Part shown: piece by piece, positions 12,954 through 26,354 of the stretch
How positions within the stretch are numbered: position 1 is the first letter of the stretch
Layout: each line of letters opens with the position of its first letter
Assembly (NCBI GenBank): GCA_013239625.1
Contig: MU054187.1
Coordinates: 17,538,711-17,602,710 of the forward strand
From: Lama guanicoe
Taxonomy: Eukaryota
Length of the DNA stretch: 64,000 nucleotides
Reading direction: 5' to 3'
Notes under the pieces: model-generated
What the model was told of the DNA's origin: nothing
What the model saw: only the letters and a program-made list of their open reading frames with translations
Database searches by the model: none
Position numbers and translations under genes: made by a program

Positions 12954-13089
12954 TTAAAAGTCCAATATCCAGAAGACAAACCATTAGGCTTTTTGAAAGT
13001 ATATAGCCAGAAAGTAGATGTCCACCCGAATTCGGGACCCTCAGATAAAACAAAGACTAGAGAGACTGCTTTTGTCTTGTTTTGTTTGT

Positions 13090-13608
13090 GAGGACTCCAG
13101 AATAAAGCTGAAGTCCTCACAATATCCTGCAAGGCCCTACATGATCTCACCATCACCTTTCCCACCATTTCTCCCTCCTCATGTGCATGCTCTAGCCGGA
13201 CTGGCCTCCTTGCTTTCATTGACCCCAACTTAGTAACTTTGCAATAGCTAACACTTCTGCTTGCAACTTTCTTCTCCCAGATATCCACATCTTTCACTTC
13301 CTCACATCGTTAAAATCTTGCTCAAATATCACCTTCTTAGTGACATCTTCCATGATCACCTTTTTAAAAATGACAACAAGCTTTCAAGCACAGCACTACC
13401 AATATCTTACACCATGCTCATGCTTTACTGTGCATTTTCTTTTACAGAACACTTCTTGCCTCCAATGGATATATTTATATCTATTCTTTACTGTCTGTTT
13501 ATGCTTCATATGGACAGATATCTTGTTTTATTTCTGTTTTCATTTTTCATTACAGTATCCCAGGTGCCTAAGAAGTACCTGGCCTAGTAGGCAAATTTGT
13601 TGAATGGA
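13090..13608 (+). mobile_element. L2 3' region
   Basis: aaggccctacatgatct, ctggcctccttgct, ctcaaatatcacctt; ends cctggcctagtaggc...ttgttgaatg. Confidence 0.8.
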
Positions 13609-13619
13609 TACCATCAAAT

Positions 13620-15170
13620 AAAGATCAGACAAATTTGAAAAAGAACCAGCTTATCTTTCTAGGACTTAAAAATATAATTAATGAAATTATAATCTTGACA
13701 AGTGAAATAGCAGACTGTATAAAACATAATGAAAAATTACTGAACTGGAAGCACAATTCAAGCATAGTAAAATTAAAGAAATTACAAAGACTTAGACAAA
13801 AAAAAAATCCACACATGGGGGAAAGTCATGACCCTTTCCCTTTCCCAGAACCCTCCTACCACAGGAAGGAAGAGCCTTAAGCTATTTGGGGAGGGTCAAT
13901 AGTACATCTTTTTGTCGCTAGGGCCTGGGAAGACAGTAGAAGTAAATGTCTGTATCTGCATTTTGGGGAGAGCTAAGGAAATCTTCCCACTCTCATGAAC
14001 CAAGCAAAGATCCACTGCTTCTGGAGCAGGGCAAGAATAGAAACTGTGTGTCACTAGAGGAGGGACAGAAAACCTCTTGGGCATAGGATCTTGACACTAT
14101 AAATATATTACCAAGTAGATACCTGCTACTCATGAGAAAGGGTAGACAACCGTCTCACCCAAGATCCCCACAGATCAAAAAGACAAGGCACGGTGTGGCT
14201 TCCCTGAGAAAGAAGAGAAATATCACAATTCTGAAAAAGCCTCTCCCCATGAAGGCACAGCATTTTTTAAGACTGAGGCTGGACACGGTGTACTGAGAAG
14301 CCCTCCCTCCAACCCCATCACCAGAATTCTAGGATTAAGTTAAAAGACTAATGGTTTACCTGCCAGTGAAAGAGGGGAGAAAGAAGTATAGGGAGAGACT
14401 CCTCTCTGAGGCAGTCAGTTTTGGGGGATTACAGAAAACAGGACAGAGAGGGAACGCCAGGAATCCTCTGGAACCCAAGGATCCATACTAACTGTAAGGT
14501 AACAGCAACCCATTGTTTAATTAAACTAGGAGGCCAGTAGACTAAGGTAACTCTAATGCCATGGTGTCTTACCTAAGCAAACCAAAATCTAGGTCTGTAA
14601 ATGCCTCAAGATTCTTAAATCAAAACCTAAGGACAACAATCACAAACAGCCAACTGGGCTGTCATCTGTAGTCAACCAGGAATTTCGTTGCCTTGCTTCT
14701 GCTTTATCTAAGTCTCTCCCCGAGCTCCCACAGGCAGAGCATTCACTACTTCTGACTTGGTGCTACCTGACTTTAATCGATTTTTGCTCAAATACACTCT
14801 TAAAAATTTTAATATAACTCAGTTTATCTTTTAACAACCACCACTGAAAGAATCTGAAGGCTGTAGTGAACTCTGGGTAAAAATAGCAACAATCAAAGTC
14901 AAACCAAGTTCAGCTACTGATTACACAAAATTGAGTCACACAGAGCATAAAGAACGCTCGCCCATATCTCATTATAAACAGTATTTCAGTCTCCACAGCT
15001 ATTCTACATACAATGCAAATGTAAAATCAGGAAACACACAAGCAACCAGAAAATAATCACCCACTGCCTAGCAATAAAGAAATCACGAAGGCAGACTCGG
15101 TAATGACACTGATGTTGGGATCATCAGACAGTACTGTGAATGACTCTGTGTCCATAAATTCAACAGCCTG
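13620..15170 (+). mobile_element. Degraded L1 5'/ORF1-region fragments (interrupted by an LTR)
   Basis: A-rich ORF1-like text and L1M 5'UTR-like purine-rich segments. Confidence 0.4.
14514..14836 (+). mobile_element. ERV1 solo LTR, MER34-like
   Basis: Starts tgtttaattaaactaggaggcc and ends tttatcttttaaca (TG...CA termini). Confidence 0.75.
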
Positions 15171-15294
15171 GATTAGCACGCTTTTTCTGTACTGGGTCAG
15201 GTAGTAAGTACTTTAGGCTTTTGAGATCTCTGTTGCCTAACGTCTGCAGGCACAGAATTAAGCAGTTCTGGCCACTACTATTTACTTACTAGTA

Positions 15295-15970
15295 AACAAG
15301 GGAATGCCTTTTCGCTAAGATCAGAAACAGGGCAAAGGTACTCTCAACACTCCTATTCAGTATTTGACTAGAGGTCTAGTCAGTGCATAAAAAAGAAAAA
15401 AAATAAGAAAATAGTAGACATAGACAAAGGAAGAAACAGAACTGTTTTTTATTTAAAGACAATATTATTATCTACAGAAAAAAAACAAAGGATCTACAAA
15501 AACAGTTACTAGAATTACGAAGTGGCTTAGCAAGATGACAGGAAACATGGTCATATTGAAACATACACTTACCACAGGATCCAGCAATCCAAGTCCTAGG
15601 CACTTACCCAAGAAAACAAAAAGCATCAGGTCCACACAAAAAACGCAGGTCCACACAAATGTTTATAGCAGATTTATTCATAATTGCCAAAATCTAGAAA
15701 GAATTCAAACATCCATCAACAGGTAAATATATAGATAAACAACGTATGGTACAGCCATATAATAAGATTCTCAGCAACGAAAAAAAATGAGCAATAAATA
15801 GAATTGAACTACTGATATAGGCAACAATACGACCTTCAAAAATGCTATGGTAAATGAAAAAAGCCAGACACAACAATCTACCTACTATGAGATTCTATTT
15901 GTATGACATTTTACAAAAGCAAAACTACTGTGCGGGGATTGGAAATCAGGTAAGTGGTTTCCAGGAGGTG
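15295..15970 (+). mobile_element. L1 ORF2 RT fragment joined to an L1MB/MC-type 3' end
   Basis: ctaagatcagaaacagggcaaagg...ctcctattca (GTRQG/PLLFN region), then cagcaatcc...tcctagg...aatgtttatagcag...aaaagccagaca. Confidence 0.8.
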
Positions 15971-15984
15971 TGGCTGAAGAAGTC

Positions 15985-16190
15985 AAGCATCTTTGCCTGT
16001 TTTTGAACTTCATATAAATGGAATCACATAGCCTATCTCTTTTTAGGTCTAGCTCCTTCTGGTCAGCAATATATTTGTTATCTTCACCCATTTTTTTGTG
16101 TGTAGACAGGTAATTTGTTCATTTTCATTGCTTTTTAGTATTCCACTGCACAACTGTGTCACAACTGACTTATCAAATTGACTGATGGCA
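15985..16190 (-). mobile_element. L1ME-type 3' fragment
   Basis: ttgcctgtttttgaacttcatataaatggaatcaca...ttcattgct...tagtattcca. Confidence 0.7.
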
Positions 16191-17884
16191 TCACATGCAT
16201 GTTTTTAAATTACAACATAATAGCCTAATTGGCTAAAAATCCTACTTAAATTACATTCTTAAAATTTTTATTTTTAAATTCTTATTTAAGACTTAATTAA
16301 GCCTTACAAAATCTAAATGGGATTTTCCTTAAAAAGTCACCTCTTAAACAGACATTCAAACTCAGTATGTATCCATGCATTGACTCTTTTATTGAAAAAT
16401 CCCCTTTATCATTTGGTCAGTTTGGGTTTACCTCCAAATATTATCACATCTGGTTTGCCACTGCCTACCCACTCTTAATTCTCCCCATATCATGGAATTT
16501 CCTTTCTCAATGTATTTTCTAACTTAGAACTGAAGATCCCATCGCCCTTCCCATCTATGACAGCCAGTAATTTCAGGATATTTGTCTGCTAGTTGATGGT
16601 AGTCTTGGCATCACGCCCACCCTACACCTCAAACAACATCAAGATACTCCCTGAAAGAAAAGGAAAAAGGAATGTTGGCTCTCAACTCACACACAACACA
16701 CACAATTTAGATGACAAGGATTATGCCCCAAACAATGACCACAGTAAATCAGGGTATCTGAGCTATAAGGCAAAACCCTTGAGCGCATTACCTTCAGTTA
16801 CTACAGCACATGGAGCTATAAGTATTTGAGTTAATTTTAAATGGAGATGTTCTGGCATGAGTGTGATGAGACACTCTTTAGGACCACTCTTCAGTGAATG
16901 TTTCTGAGTCTCAGAAACCTGCACACATCAAGGTAACAGGTTAGGTGTAAACTTGATTGAGTATTGAGTTTCTGCATTTTACTGTTGCAGTGAAAATCAT
17001 GCCATGAATACTCCATTTATTCTTCCATATAAGGATGTTCCTAATTAATCTGTTATTCAAAAGCCACCAGTATTATATTAGTAACTGCATTATTTCATGA
17101 CATTGACTGAAACCCAGAAGCAGGTTTCTATGGCCTAATTAATTTTTTTAAAGCCTTTTACTCAGCGGGATGCTGCCTACCTGGATCTTTGAATGAAAGG
17201 ATATTAATGAAGCTGCAATGCGGATGATTATATTGAAAGTGATGAAGAATTTATTAGGAAGACAGCCATCATGGGCTGTGCAGTATATGAGGCATAAAAC
17301 TGCTATAAGTAATGACAGAATGTAGTTTAGGCAAGTAATGGGCAGCAGAGCTACAAAAGGAGAGCTTGGAGATATATTATTTAGTAATAAAGTTCCCATA
17401 AAAATTGAAATATGAGGTGGAAAGATTAACATGGTCATACAAGTCATCTTTAATGTTCATAGCCAAGTTCTGGCTTTTAGAAAGAGTAAACTGAATTTAT
17501 GCCTGCGACAACATGTAAGTCAAAACCCTTATTTATACATTTCATGCAAATGACTGGAGACCTTTGGATTGCAGTTATCAAAGTAATGTTTAGTAGCATT
17601 TAAATTTATTACATCCACATTAGATCAGGAGCTGTATTTCTACCTGTCAAATGGCTTATGTTTGTAGGTCACGTCATCAATAAATAGACTGCAGTTTACA
17701 GATCCTTGCACTACTAGTCCCATATCTATGAACAAAAAGATTTTACATTTTGTTTTCCACCATAAACAATATAGATGTGTTCTCGTTTACTCCATAATGA
17801 CATTCTAATATTATTAACTGACACATATCTTTTGGTCTAATGGCATGTTTGCATACACAAAGAGGATGAATAGAGCTCTAATTA

Positions 17885-18085
17885 AAAGCAAGGGCTTTTG
17901 ATGGAAGTAGATCTAAATGAACATCCTGATAGCCAATTACTAGCTGGGTGACCTTAGTCAAATGATTCTCTAACTCTGGTCTCATTTTTCTCATCTATAA
18001 GAGGGACATAATAATACCAACCTCATGGAATTATTCTAATAATTCAATAAAGTATATGAAAATGGATCTAGCCTATGGTAACTGA
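17885..18085 (+). mobile_element. MIR SINE
   Basis: ttactagctgggtgacctt...tttctcatctataa...ataataataccaacctcat. Confidence 0.75.
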
Positions 18086-18479
18086 TTCAATTATTATCAT
18101 CATAATTATTATTAGCAATACATTCCGGGTGCTTCCATAATGGGTTGTGGTATCAGAAGTCGTGGAGGAAAGGCAATGCATACCTTATTCTTCTGACACT
18201 CTCACCTCAGTTTATTTCTAAAGTTAAAGGTCTGAAGTTTAACCCATATCTAATGAGGTATGTAATTAAATTGACAGCCATTTGGATTTAACACAAATGT
18301 TTTATGTAAATTCTTATCTTTGATGATTTCTTAGAAATAGGTACAAAATTGGGCTATAGCATAAAGCTAAACTGAATTTTAAGAGAAAAAAATCAGGTAA
18401 ATATTTACAAAACATTTTATTCTAAATTTGAAAACTTTCCTGTTTAATGTCAATCATAGAGAATGGGAATAAGATTTCT

Positions 18480-19870
18480 ATTTTAAACAGAGGCTTTAAA
18501 AAGGAAATGGCATCTGAGTAAAGGCCTGAAAAAAGTGAAGATATAAGCATATGAGACTCAGAGGAAAGATTTTAGGTAAAGGGAATAGCCAGTGCCGTAA
18601 GATGGATGGAAATCGAGGCATAGCAAGAGAGGGCGTGGTCAATGGGTGTGGTTCACCATGGTTGTAGACAATAAGGTGTGCATTGTCTAGAGAAAATCTG
18701 AAAGCAATAATAAAACTGATTAAATCTTTATTACCACTATGAACTGACAAGTGCAAACCATATCAGTGATAAAATAGTCCCTGAGGAAAAAAAAAATGTC
18801 TGTTGGTCTAAGTTCTAAGCAACTGCTGCCGTTTCTATTGAACTAAATGAACAGCTGCCACCAGGCCATCTTTAGAAATACACCAGGAAGGAACAGCACG
18901 GGACAAATGTGTCTGGATCAGCCTGAATGATGAGGACAAGAGCAGTAGAAGAGCAGTCAATGAACAACAGCATGGCTAGAATACGTCCTGCTTTTAAGCT
19001 TTATTTGTACTTGAGTTTTTACTCTCCATGAGATGGAAAGCCATTGGATGGGTTATAGCCGAGGATTTTCAAGATATTACTCATATTTTCAACACACTGA
19101 TTGCAGTATTGAAAACACACCTCAGGCAGGGTGCATGACAGCTATTGAAGAGAAAACAAAACTAGATAATGAGTATTTTACTACCTCCTCTTCACCCCAT
19201 TGGTGAAGGACTAATCCCATAAACTAAATAGTGCAAAATGGCTGAAGGTCTGACTTTCAACCCTGGACAGGTGAGACTGAGAGTAGTTTATTAGTCAAAG
19301 ATTACTTATAATCTGGGAAAGGAGGACTCCACATACCATACAGGCAACACAACAACTTAGGAATTGAGAAAATCACCAGGCACTGTAGGAGGCAGGCTTT
19401 GTAGGAACAAAACAAGAGGAAAGTGCGCTCCTGGGTTCACATTTTGAAGATGTGATCAGTTTGCTTGACTAATTTTACAGGCTGGCAGAGGAGTGAAATA
19501 TATTAGGCTGAGATCCTGGAAGGGTGCAGCTGGTCTAGTTGACAGGGGAAAAATAGCTGGCTGTGGAGTCTTCCCCACTGAGTGGGGGATATCTATCAAA
19601 ATGGGGCGTGTCTATCAAAAGCAGCAGAACTCATAGTTAAGCCTCTGGAGCCCTGTGAGACTCAACATTGTCATGATTTACAGTGATAGCTTGGGATAAA
19701 AGGAAAAGTAATGAAATTGGTGAGAAAATAATTGATGCTGAAGATATCTTTAAGTTAGAGCCAGTAAGAACTGTGGAGGAATTGGATGTGGACTTAGAGG
19801 AGTCAAGTGTGACAGTGGGTGTTTGAGTCTAGGAAATGAAAATACAGTGTCAATTACTGAGATGAAAAAA
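18480..19870 (-). mobile_element. L2 fragments interrupted by an LTR
   Basis: gatggaaagccattgga, ttagagccagtaagaa...ttggatgtgg...gaggagtcaag. Confidence 0.55.
19202..19673 (-). mobile_element. ERVL-type solo LTR (MER76-like)
   Basis: Ends ccctgtgagactcaacattgtca (reverse TGACA start); reverse poly(A) signal tttatt near 19287. Confidence 0.55.
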
Positions 19871-19884
19871 CTATAGGAGGAGTA

Positions 19885-20285
19885 GTTTATGGTATAGCCA
19901 TACAGTTGAATAGTATGTAGTTGTAAAAAACAAACTTTTTAAGCACTTACATGGAAATATCTCAAAATATAGCAGGTGAAAAAGCAAGGTACATGGGCTC
20001 AAATACAGCGTTCCGGATTTTTGTTCAAAAGAGAGAGGAAAAATAGATATTCGCATTGGCTTGTACACACATTGTGTGTGTGTGTGTGTGTGTTTGTGTG
20101 TATACACAATGACTATATATATAGGAAGCAAAAAAAAACAAGGAAAAACAAGAGTTACCTGTTGGAGGGAGAGGATAGAAATTAACTGGATAAAGATTGG
20201 GAGCAAAAGAGGGATCTATTCACTATGTTTTTATAATTTCTGCTGTTTGTACACTGTGAATGCATTTTTAGTTAAAATAAATGCT
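19885..20285 (+). mobile_element. Old L1 3' fragment containing a (TG)n tract
   Basis: ttatggtatagccatacagttgaatagtatgtagttgtaaaaa; (TG)n at about 20073-20100. Confidence 0.6.
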
Positions 20286-21714
20286 TAAAAACCCATTAAG
20301 TTTTGCCTTTCGGGGTAAAGTAGGCACAGTGGACCCTTTGGCTAGCCTTTCTCTAGGCCATTTATATAAAAATCCTCTAGGAAAAAGAGACCTCTATGCC
20401 AACCAGTCTGCTCATGTTCACTGGCATCTTTCCTGGGACTTCGAGCTGTACTCCTACATAAGTGTAAAATCTCTCTTGGCCTTCCTTTGTCCTTTGAAAG
20501 GAATACTATTTAAGAACAGAATCTGATTTTCAGGAACCTCATTTCTGTGCAATTCCCAGCACATACTAGATTTTTTTTTAAGAAAGCATAACAACTACAG
20601 AAGAGATTGCATCGGAGTCTGCAGTCAATCATTTTTTCTTCTACCTCATGATTTTTTAAACAAATAGAAAATACTATAAAAGTTATTTGCATAATTTAGT
20701 CACACACCAAACATAACATTGTCCTTTTTCTACATCTACATAGTTTTATCTTTGAGAATATTGTGCCATTTTCAGTTACAAATTACTTTATATATATGTA
20801 ATATACTGCCTTTCCTGGGTATATGTAAAATTCATATAATTTCAGCTGATGTTTATTTTATTCTATCATTGAAATGTATTCATCTTGTGTTATTCTGAGA
20901 AAGAAACTTAATTTGTGGATCATTTACACATCTCCTGTATAGCTAGCTACTATAATATTTAAATGGTTTGTCTCATTGAGAAGCTTTTTAATCATAAATG
21001 TTTAAATTACTTTATTTAACTCTTATTAGAATTGCATGTTCTCCCTTGTGAGTGGATTTCTCTGCTCAGTAACACACTTTGGTTCATTTCTAACCTCATA
21101 GCTAACAAAATTATTTCTTCACAATAGCACACATTTTCCATATTTCACACAAACCAATTATTTATCACATATATTCATATGTTTTTAATTAATTTTAAAT
21201 TAGCCACTTCTTGTCTTAAAAGGTATAATTATTTTCAGTGCTCAAAATGTCAACATAATCATTGTAGTGTGTCACAATATTGTGAATATTTCACAGTTGT
21301 ATTCCTCCTGCCTTAATCTTTTGTCCAGCTATAAACATTCTTTAAGCTCCTTAGCCAAATCTTGAATTGTAAGAAAGTGTTAATAATAAAATAAATAATT
21401 AAAAGGGAAGAAAAGAAAAGAAAAAAAAAGGAAGAAAAAATGAGAAGTTTTTGCCTCTACCCTTAAAATATTCTAACAAGTACATGCTTGCCCCTATTTA
21501 GAAAAGCATTTTTTGCATGTAATGGAGGAATATTAACATTGTTCAGTAATTTCATTGTTCTGAAATTAATTTCTGATATTAATAACCCAACGTTACTACA
21601 GTTGGTGCTCTCAAATATTAATAGCACTCAAAAATTATAATAACTCTTATGATAAATAATTATAAATAATAAAATAATAATTAACGATAGCCCTCAAAAA
21701 TATTAAAGGAACAT

Positions 21715-21900
21715 GTGCTTTATTAGCCAGACTAGGTACCATACTGCATGTACTTTCCAACATTTTCTGTAACTTTCCATGGATTTTATATGATAATTAT
21801 CTCCATTTTTCAGATAAAAAATTGAGACTCAGGATATTACACTTGTGGTAGCTAAACCAGAAGTTAAATCCAAGTCTTTCAATTTGCAAAGTATATATTC
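21715..21900 (-). mobile_element. MIR SINE
   Basis: attatctccatttttcagataaaaaattgagactcag...ttaaatccaagtct. Confidence 0.65.
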
Positions 21901-23859
21901 TTTCAGTATATCATGCCACATATTTCTGTGTGTCTCAATTTGGAACAAAGTCAAAAAGACACTTGAACAATTTATTTTGATGCCCAAGTGTGTCTTGAGT
22001 TATGTGTTCTGTTTTCTTTTAAATATGTAGACATTTTTCCTTTTCTGTTCAACTGTAGTTGTCTTTTTCACTTTTAAAAGTTGCCAAAGATAGCAGAGGT
22101 AGAAAACACTGAAAAAGGGGCATTACTTTAAAGTGTCCTGAAATAAAAGTATTATTTGTAGTTTCCGAAAAATGTTGTTGGTGACAGATACCGTGCCTTT
22201 TCATTGTGCATAGAGTGCTGCTTTTTCTTTGTCTCATCTTCTTTTGCATTTCATCCACGATTAAAATCACAATGAATTTGTGGTAAGGGCCAATCCCATG
22301 ACTCTTTCCACCTTCACCCAAACCAGTAGGCACGGCAATTTCTTTTCAAACTGCGTTATTAGGTAAGGGACAGCGTTTGACTTTTCAGATCAAAAGACAC
22401 GCTCAGAAGAGGCAGTCTTCAGGGTGTTTTACTGAGCATCCAAACCCTTGGAGTTTTTCTGCCTCTTGCCTTGAGTCTTTCTACACATTTCCTTCCTATG
22501 TCTTCTATAGTTTGTAATCTGTCCCAGGAGCTGGTTTAAATGACAGGCCTCATGGATTATTTTTTTTTTTTTAAGATCTAAGGAGGGAGAGGAGGTATGC
22601 TTTCCAAAGGAAAAAAGTATTTACTTGGAATGCAAAATTCTCTAAAGGACATATCCACCCCCAGTGGTTCTGGTTTTTACTACTCCTTCAACTCCACTGG
22701 GTAGGTTTACCAGGCCGCAGTAAGTGGTGACGGGAGACTTCGGGAAAAAGCAAAGGAGCAGAGCAGGATGGTCTTAAGTTGGAGAAGAAAAAGAGGAAAC
22801 TTCATGAAAGCAGTGTGACATTTCTAGTAAGTATGAAAAGAGACCCCAGTCCAGTAGATATAATACAGATATTAACAATGGGGACCTTAAGTGGTTCAGC
22901 CCTCAGGCACCAAAGCCTCCAGTGGGAAAAACACTCAGAGAGGACAGAACCCTTTCTTTTGAGGAAAGAAATCATCTTTAAAAAAAAATACTCTCCCAAG
23001 AATAAAATATGACTAAAAATGTGATGATCTGATTAAGCCTCCAAGTATGGTATAAGTCTATAAAGTTTCCTAAAATGTTGAGTTTATCCTAATTATCATC
23101 CAAGGTGACTCTAGCACAGGAAAATTGGTATAGTCACTTCATTAAGGCTGTCAGGAATGTAAAAAGCCAAAGTCCTTCTGGAATTCTAAGACTATTTTCA
23201 GCTAAAATAAATTGAAACAAAATAGAAACAGTTTTTAGAAAATCAGGGGAAATAAATTTTGACATCAGATTTTCCAATTGTATTTAAAAACACAATTTTA
23301 GAGTGAGTAAAATGGGTTAAAACTATGGTCTTAAAATTTTAGAATGTTCCTACATTCTTGAAGTGATTTGTCTTCAGAATGTCAAGACAAGCCCTTTCTC
23401 AGATTACAAACGCTAAAATTAAACTCTGGAATCATTCTTTAAAAATGCTAATAAAGTGCATGAAAATATGAATTAAATAGTGTTCAAAGAAACTTTAAAA
23501 TCTTTCATTGTGCATATCTATAGTCCCCATCATAACGAAAAGAGCATTTTGTGGATAATTTCCTATGGTTGTTGTGAAGACAGTGTATTTCAGAAATGCG
23601 ACTTAAAGCTGCTACGAGTTGTAATATTACTTCAAAGAGAAGAAACCTCGTAGTCCTTCTCCCATAATGCGTCCTCGTTTTATAAGGAAAAGAACATAAA
23701 TCAAACATCCACTTGCAAAAATCTTGCTTGACTGCCTTTTTTTCACATCTTCTTGACAAAATACGTGAAGTTGTAAATACCGCAAGCATCTTTTACACTT
23801 CTGTTCAAGATGCAGTCCCTGGCTCACAATCCCTATGTATTCCAATGAACATAAAGGTC

Positions 23860-24252
23860 TGTATTCGTCTGGTTGGGCTGTCGTAGTGAGATGCCACGGA
23901 CTGAACGGCTTAAACAACAGAAATTTACATTCTCACAGTTCTCGGGGATGAAAGTCCAAGATCAAGGTACCATCAGGATGGGTTTCTGGTGAGAAAAATC
24001 TTCCTGACTTGCTGAAGCCTGCCGTCTTGCTGTGTCCTCACAAGGCCTTTCCTCTGTGAGCAGAGGGAGAGAGACCTCGGGCATCCCTTGATCGTCTAAG
24101 GATACCATCAGTCCTATCAGTTTATGACCATACCTTTACGACTCTGTGTAACCTCAGTTACCTCCCTAAAGTCCCTGTCTCCAAATGCAGCAAAATTGAG
24201 GGTTAGGGCTTTAACATACAAGTTTTGGAGGGACCCAAATCAACCCATAACA
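23860..24252 (-). mobile_element. MaLR solo LTR, MLT1B-like
   Basis: tgtatt...ggcttaaacaacagaaattt...aagtccaagatcaaggt...gggttagggct...aacccataaca. Confidence 0.85.
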
Positions 24253-24269
24253 GCGTCTTAAGAGTTTTC

Positions 24270-26330
24270 TCTGATCTTCAGTCTCTCACTAATACCTTCG
24301 CCTTTGTCTAGGAATTATTCAAGTTTCCTTAATTAAAACTTCTTCAATTTTATTTCTTTCATGATCCCTTCCCTTTAAATGCTCTCCTCCTTTCTTAGCT
24401 GTCATTTCTTGGAAGTAAAGTCACTTTTCCCCATGTTGTTTTTTAATTACTCTCCTCACTATAACACAACATCGTCTCCTGTGACTCTCCTAAAACGGTT
24501 CCATTTTAGTAGATAAAAGTTTAGTCATCAAGTCAGGTGGTTTCTTTTCAGTTCCCATAGACTTTTCCCACTTGTAAACAATGGATTCCATTAAATGGTG
24601 CTTCTTTTAAAACTACTTTCCTTTCTATCTTACTGTAATTTGTTATTTCTATTGGCCTACCACCTCGCCTCTTTCTGATCATTCTTTTTTATTTTTTTCA
24701 CTTATTTCTTTACTGACTCCTTTCCAGATACTACATACAGATGGTCTTCTCTTCTCCCTTACGCTCTCTCTCTCTTACTCCAGGAGCTTTGTTTACTGTT
24801 TAAAATATTACCTGTTTCTTCAACTTCCAGGTTCCTTCCATACGTTCCCAGCATCGCTCCCTCTGTCTTCTGTCATTTCAGCCTTCACTATTCTCTTTGA
24901 GCTCTCACAGGAGATAATTGATTTAGCACAGGAATCTCAGTGGAAAATACTAACAAGTTATTTCTCTGCTAAGTAAAGCCCTTCCAGGTCCTGGTCCACT
25001 TTTGCATCCCTGTCATCTGGAATATGTGCCTCCAATGACACCATAGTAGAGGACCAGACAAGAGGGACGTTGGCTCCTAATGACCTCAGCTCAGAAGTGA
25101 TACACATTGTTCTGCTCATTTGCCACTGACCACAACTAGTTACAGGACAACAGTCTAACGACAATGAAGGATGAAAAATGTAGATAAGCACGTAGGATAT
25201 TTGGTGAGCACTAACCCTAGGCAACACCACCTCCCATCAAACTCTTATTTCACAGAGAAAACACAGACAATAAAGCAAAAACACTCCTAACTAATGTTTT
25301 CTCTTTGTGTATAAAGATAATCTTTCTACATAGCTTGTAAATATACATTCTCACTACCTCAGGATCTTCCATTTATTTTCCCATCTCATTGGTGATAGTA
25401 AGCTTTTTCTCTTTAGCACTTTTATTTTGGCATAAGGATAAGTGAAAGCTGCTCCCCTCCTGCATTAAAAAATACTCTTTCTTGATGCCAAATAATTCTC
25501 TAGCTACCTTTTCTCTTTCCCTAATTTTACAGTAGGATTTATCAAAACCTGTGTTTATTCTCACTGTCTATATTTTCTTACCTTGTATGAACCTCATAAC
25601 TCACACAATTTTTCTATTTTCTTCTTACTTATCTCCATTGAAATTGCATTCACCAACTTTTAATTTATGATTAAATTGAATGACTATTGTCTGGTGTTTA
25701 TGTCAACTTTCTACGATATTTGATGATGACCAAACGTCATCTCAAAGAATTCTTTCATAGCATCTTCATCTAGTACTTCTTCCTCCTGCCTCTGGACTTA
25801 TCTCTTCTTTCATGTACTCACACTTTGCCCTCACCCAAGAGATGTGTGTTTCTCAAAAGCTCTCTTCTGCCCTTTATAAATGATCTCACCCACTCTTGTG
25901 ATTCTAGCCACCATCTATATCACAAATCTTCACCTAAAGCTTGCATATCTCTCTCCTGAGTCCCTTACAAATCTAGCTAATTGCCAACTTAAAATTTCTG
26001 CCTGAATATACCATGAATACTTAAAATTAATTATTTGAGATTGCTAAGCAATTAATTTTACCTTCAAAACTTACTTCCACTATTCATTTCTCTACACCAT
26101 TTATACCACTACCATTTGTACAGTTGTCCAAGTTAGAGGCTGGGGAAATACTGAAGACTTTGCATTCTATATAGTCATCCCTTGCCCTCACAATCAAGTC
26201 AGTACTGTTTACATAAATTCCTAATATCTCTCAATATTGTCCACTTTTACTCAACCCTATTACCCTATTTGGGTATAATTTACATTTTCTCTTATTTATG
26301 GAACATAAACAGTGTCTTAACAGACATTTA
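24270..26330 (+). mobile_element. Highly degraded L2 body
   Basis: Pyrimidine-rich L2-like text (ctccattgaaattgc...caccaa, tgatctcacccactc, ctctctcctgag). Confidence 0.5.
24960..25230 (-). mobile_element. Old MaLR LTR fragment (MLT1J/K-like)
   Basis: cagaagtgatacac...ttctgctcattt.ccactgaccacaactagt...atatttggtgagcact. Confidence 0.55.
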
Positions 26331-26354
26331 TACCTTAATCTTTTAACAGAATAC

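Noticed and set aside
19871..20288. Overlapping ORFs on both strands with CVCV/HTHT tracts (also 40045-40266)
   Set aside because: Artefacts of (TG)n/(CA)n microsatellites, which lack stop codons.
20363..20371. TATATAAAA as a core promoter
   Set aside because: Isolated motif in AT-rich DNA with no supporting downstream gene structure.
22734..22832. Plus-strand exon-like stretch (ETSGKSKGAEQDGLKLEKKKRKLHESSVTFL|gtaagt)
   Set aside because: In-frame stop immediately upstream, no good acceptor and no recognisable homology.
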